Origin: Chloroflexota bacterium
GTDB taxonomy: Bacteria > Chloroflexota > Chloroflexia > QHBQ01
Assembly (NCBI GenBank): GCA_043754535.1
Contig: JAYUUN010000120.1
Location: 1 to 64,000, forward strand
Direction of reading: 5' to 3'
DNA: 64,000 bases
In this document: positions 61,558-64,000 of the stretch, one piece after another
Layout: every line of letters begins with the position of its first letter
Position numbering within the stretch: position 1 is the first letter of the stretch
Notes under the pieces: generated by a model
Told to the model about the DNA's origin: nothing
The model's database searches: none
Seen by the model: only the letters and a program-made list of their open reading frames with translations
Made by a program: the position numbers and the translations under genes

Positions 61558-63657
61558 CTACTTGACCACGTGCAGGCTGCCGCGTCTCTTTGGCGTTAGC
61601 TTAGTGGGCGGCTCCGCAGGCTCGGCGTGCTGGCCGTTGCCGTTGGCAGCACTGAGGCTACCGCTGGCGGGGTTGGGGCTGCCGTTGGCAGGCGGCAAGG
61701 CGTTCTTTGGTGGGCGGCCCCGTCGCTTGCCGTTGGGATTGAGGGTGATGATGTTGCTGCCCCGACCTTGACCAGCCTCCGCCTCGTAGGATGAGCTAGC
61801 AGGCTGACGGCTGCGCCTCGGCTCATCTGGGACAGAGCCGGGCAGTTTGCGCGGACGACCACGCTTCTTCTGCTCTGGTTGAGCGGGGCGGTGACGGGCG
61901 GCTGCCTCAGCTTGTTCGACGATGAAGCCGACCGACCGGGCTAGTTCGCTGGGGTCTAGCAGTTCGCTCGCGTCCATGATCGTGTAGTGGTAGCCCTGCT
62001 CGGTGAGGAACAGTTGGCGGTTAGCGGCGAAGTCCTGATCGTTGCTGTCGCGGGTGACGATGCTGTAGAAGTGGGCGATCTGGCCGTCCTTCTTTGGGCG
62101 TAGGATGCGGCCCAGCCGTTGCGCCTCCTCCTGCCTGCTGCCAAAGGTGCCGCTCATCTGGATTGCTACGCTCGCATCGGGCAGGTCAATGGCGAAGTTC
62201 GCCACCTTGCTGACCACCAACACTTTTACCTCGCCAGTGCGGAACTGCTCGTATAGCACCTCGCGCTCAGAGTTAGGGGTTTTGCCAGTGACGAGCGGCG
62301 CGCCCAGCAAGTCGCTGATCAGCTTCAACTGCTCAAGGTACTGGCCGATCACCAGGATTTGCTCGCCTTCATGCTTCTTCAGCAGCTTCTGCATCACCAG
62401 TAGCTTACGCACGTTCTCGGCGGCTAGTCGATACTTGATTCGGCTGTCCTCGGCAACAACGTACTCGCTGCGCTGCTCGTCGTCCAGGCCAATCCGTATC
62501 TCTGTGCAGTCGGCGGTGGCGATCCAGCCCTGCCTCTCCAAATCCTTCCAGGGGACATCGTACTTCTTCGGCCCGATCAGGCTGAACACGTCGGTCTCGC
62601 GGCCATCCTCGCGCACCAGGGTTGCAGTCAGGCCCAGGCGACGGCGGGCCTGGATTTCGGCGGTGATGCGGAAGACAGGAGCGGGCAGCAGGTGGACCTC
62701 GTCGTAGATGATCAGCCCCCAGTCGCGCTCGTTAAAGAGGCCAAAGTGAGGGAACTCGCCGATCTCGCCCGTCTGCTCGTCCACCGTGAAGGGGCGGTAG
62801 GTCATGATCTGGTAGGTAGTAACGGTGACGGGGCGCACTTGCTTCTTCTCGCCAGTGTACTCACCCACCTGATCAGGGGTAAGGTCGGTCTTCTCCAACA
62901 ACTCCTCGATCCATTGGCGCACCGCAATCGTGTTGGGGGTCATGATCAAGGTCTGGCATTGCAGCTTGTTGATCGTGCCAATGCCGACTACCGTCTTGCC
63001 CGCCCCGCAGGGAAGGACGATCACCCCACTGCCACCCCGGCTGCTACCACCCGCCCAGAAGGTATCTACCGCGTCCTGCTGATAGTGGCGCATAGCGAAG
63101 GGCTTGCCTGGCTCAAGTTCGCTGACGAGGCTGAGGACTAGCGGCGCACCCTCCACATAGCCCGCCAAATCCTCGGCAGGGTAGCCAAAGGCAACCAACT
63201 CCTGCTTGACGTGGCCGCGCTTAGCTGGGTCAACCAGGATGGTGAAAGCGTCCAACTGGCCGAGCAGGTAAGCAGCCATGCGCTTGCGGTGCATGATCTC
63301 GGTGATCAGCAGCCTGTCCTCACTCTTGAGGACGAGCAGGCCATCGTCAGTCTTGAGCAGCTTGACACGACCGAAGCGGGCGACATACTCGCGCACCTCG
63401 ACGGCGACGTTGCTAGGCAGATCGAACTTGCTATACTGGGCCAGCACTGCTACTATTTGCTCCGCCGTCTCACCAGCCGCCGCCGCATTCCAAAGGCTGA
63501 GCGGGGTAATGCGGTAAGTATGGATGTGTTCGGGCGATTTCTCCAACTCAGCGAAGCGGGCCAGGTAATCGCGGGCTTCGCTGTAGAGCGGGTTGTCTAC
63601 TTCGAGCAGCAGCGACTTGTCGCTCTGCACGACCAGCGGATTTTGTGGGTTGTACAT
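61558..63657 (-). CDS. Bacterial XPB (Ssl2/ERCC3) DNA repair helicase with a low-complexity tail
   Basis: PLVVQSD, ELEKSPEHIHTY, LPCGAGKT, YDEVH, LGLTAT and QRLGRILRPK motifs. Confidence 0.93.
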   Translation of the reverse strand: MYNPQNPLVVQSDKSLLLEVDNPLYSEARDYLARFAELEKSPEHIHTYRITPLSLWNAAAAGETAEQIVAVLAQYSKFDLPSNVAVEVREYVARFGRVKLLKTDDGLLVLKSEDRLLITEIMHRKRMAAYLLGQLDAFTILVDPAKRGHVKQELVAFGYPAEDLAGYVEGAPLVLSLVSELEPGKPFAMRHYQQDAVDTFWAGGSSRGGSGVIVLPCGAGKTVVGIGTINKLQCQTLIMTPNTIAVRQWIEELLEKTDLTPDQVGEYTGEKKQVRPVTVTTYQIMTYRPFTVDEQTGEIGEFPHFGLFNERDWGLIIYDEVHLLPAPVFRITAEIQARRRLGLTATLVREDGRETDVFSLIGPKKYDVPWKDLERQGWIATADCTEIRIGLDDEQRSEYVVAEDSRIKYRLAAENVRKLLVMQKLLKKHEGEQILVIGQYLEQLKLISDLLGAPLVTGKTPNSEREVLYEQFRTGEVKVLVVSKVANFAIDLPDASVAIQMSGTFGSRQEEAQRLGRILRPKKDGQIAHFYSIVTRDSNDQDFAANRQLFLTEQGYHYTIMDASELLDPSELARSVGFIVEQAEAAARHRPAQPEQKKRGRPRKLPGSVPDEPRRSRQPASSSYEAEAGQGRGSNIITLNPNGKRRGRPPKNALPPANGSPNPASGSLSAANGNGQHAEPAEPPTKLTPKRRGSLHVVK

Positions 63658-63761
63658 ACTTTGCGAATATTCCCCAGCGCAGTGTGAGATTTGCTGCGGC
63701 CCTGTCTGGCTCATTACAGCACTTGCCAGTTTATCATAAGCGTAGTATTGCTGTCAAATAT

Positions 63762-64000
63762 TTAGCCCCGGTTGAGGAAGGCGGTGAGGTAGACGAAGAC
63801 CATGCCCAGCCCTGCGACCACGCTGAACTCGACCACCGCCCTGCTGGTCAGCCCCTCGGTCAGATAGAGAGCCATCAGGCCATAGAGGACGTAGAGGCTG
63901 AGGAGCAGGAACATCCCGCCAACCAGCGGTACTACCGGCCAGTAGTTGATTGCCCAGGTCACCTGCCCCAGCAGCAGCCCCGCCGCGCCCGCCAGCAGGA
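63762..64000 (-). CDS. 3' part of an uncharacterised integral membrane protein (runs off the window)
   Basis: Consecutive hydrophobic helices ending at TAA 63764-63762. Confidence 0.6.
   Translation of the reverse strand, partial: LLAGAAGLLLGQVTWAINYWPVVPLVGGMFLLLSLYVLYGLMALYLTEGLTSRAVVEFSVVAGLGMVFVYLTAFLNRG

Overview
GC-rich bacterial chromosome segment, most likely Chloroflexota (inferred from Thr/Pro-rich SLH surface proteins, nurA-HAS-herA, bacterial XPB and a PHP-AlbA_2 fusion). It holds about 53 mostly housekeeping genes: two thiolase-family loci, comM, sua5, nurA/herA/sbcD, icd, glgA, tRNA-Trp-secE-nusG-rplK-rplA, a Zn/Mn ABC transporter, lon, tRNA-Thr/Tyr, pyrC, a Ski2-like helicase, panD, pepA, purA and XPB. 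There is no obvious prophage or IS. The main signal concerns the genetic code. In a manual scan I found no in-frame TTA codon inside any credible gene, although CTA and TTG Leu codons are common. Nine genes have a single in-frame TTA at or near where the protein should end, followed by a terminator, the RBS/start of the next gene, or a convergent stop. Eight of these nine read TTA-G. This suggests UUA (or UUAG) acts as a stop signal, and it would explain two apparent fusions and several junk C-terminal tails in the supplied ORF track. The second signal is a sanA-like gene broken by a 38-bp target duplication around a 36-bp insert, which resembles off-target CRISPR spacer integration. CDS coordinates below use my preferred starts and end at the TTA where that applies.
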